64,000 nucleotides of DNA, taken from positions 2,187 to 66,186 of the forward strand of contig JADZCN010000020.1 of assembly GCA_020851565.1 (NCBI GenBank). The letters run 5' to 3'. This document shows positions 63,331-64,000 of this stretch, piece by piece. The notes below the pieces were generated by a model. That model did no database searches and was not told where the DNA came from. It was given only the letters and a program-made list of their open reading frames with translations. A program made the position numbers and the translations under genes. Source of the DNA: Acidobacteriota bacterium. Lineage in GTDB: Bacteria; Acidobacteriota; Vicinamibacteria; Vicinamibacterales; UBA2999. Within the stretch, counting starts at the first letter, position 1, and each line of letters begins with the position of its first letter.

Positions 63331-64000
63331 CTATCGGACGAGGGCCTGATAGACGAGCGGCTGGAACGCCGCCGCCACCGGCGATCCCGGGTAGCGCTGC
63401 ACCAGCATGATGGCCACGAGGCGCTCCTTCGGATCGACCCAGAACACGGTTCCGTAGATGCCGCTCCAGCCGTAGAGGCCGGGCGACCCGAGCGTCTGTG
63501 TCGCGCCCAGGTCGGTCACGACGCGGAAGCCCAGGCCGAAGTGGGCGCCACCGCCGATGAGGCCAGAAGGCGGCAGGTCCGACGTGTGGCTCGTCGTCAT
63601 CAGCTCCACGGTCTTCGGGCCGAGGAGCCGCACGCCGTCCAACGAGCCGCCGTTCAGCAGCATCTGCGCGAAGCGCGCGTAGTCGCGGGCCGTGGACACC
63701 AGTCCCGCGCCGCCGGAGAAGTAGGTCCTGGGCGCCTTGTAGCTGGCGATCGGCGACATGACCGTGTTGCCGAACGTCTCGGGATCCTTCATCGGGCGGA
63801 GACCGCCGGCGCCGTCGGGCGAGTACACCGTGGCCATCCTCGGCCATAGCGTGGACGGCACCTCGAACATCGTGTCCTTCATGCCGAGCGGCTTCAGGAT
63901 GCGGTCGTGCACGAACGCCTGGAACGGCTGGCCCGACGCCACCTCGACGACCCGTCCGAGCACGTCGGTGGACAGGCTGTAGTTCCACGCAGCGCCCGGC
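63331..64000 (-). CDS. serine hydrolase (beta-lactamase family), C-terminal part; gene continues beyond window
   Basis: Frame stays open upstream of the listed start (PGAAWNYSLSTDVLGRVVEV...). Paralogous to 11474-12724 (GGAGLVSTARDYARF, VYQALV). Confidence 0.8.
   Translation of the reverse strand, partial: PGAAWNYSLSTDVLGRVVEVASGQPFQAFVHDRILKPLGMKDTMFEVPSTLWPRMATVYSPDGAGGLRPMKDPETFGNTVMSPIASYKAPRTYFSGGAGLVSTARDYARFAQMLLNGGSLDGVRLLGPKTVELMTTSHTSDLPPSGLIGGGAHFGLGFRVVTDLGATQTLGSPGLYGWSGIYGTVFWVDPKERLVAIMLVQRYPGSPVAAAFQPLVYQALVR

Overview
Very GC-rich (by eye about two-thirds G+C or more), gene-dense chromosomal segment. Gene content points to Acidobacteriota: two ADOP-family duplicated MacB-like permeases (one behind a PadR regulator), PD40 beta-propeller/amidohydrolase proteins and many exported peptidases and amidohydrolases. 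I call 56 protein-coding genes (two truncated by the window edges), one candidate leader peptide and one antitoxin gene remnant. I saw no rRNA, tRNA, CRISPR array, integrase or transposase. Recognisable units: a PEBP / gluconate-DH-subunit-3 / GMC-oxidoreductase operon; a group II decarboxylase / aldehyde dehydrogenase pair; padR-ADOP; otsB-otsA-DUF481; mscL; ctaA; xth; two paralogous Tat-exported glycosylasparaginase-like genes; and an ECF sigma / anti-sigma / HEAT / HEAT / 29-aa-repeat protein operon. Four things stand out. (1) Most intergenic gaps are filled by degenerate tandem arrays of 7-16 nt units from a few recurring families. Many fit the G-quadruplex consensus, and several occur as inverted pairs, including a 277-nt inverted repeat at 49.3 kb. 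(2) The leader of a TcyP/YdjN-like L-cystine transporter has the layout of a ribosome-mediated attenuator: promoter, a 26-codon ORF with four consecutive Cys codons, and a terminator hairpin. (3) A 32-nt REP-like palindromic element with a compensatory stem substitution occurs only in the spacers of the ECF operon. (4) A Phd/YefM antitoxin fragment is bracketed by inverted repeat arrays. All family assignments rest on motifs read by eye and recalled family signatures. No database search, alignment or RNA folding was run.
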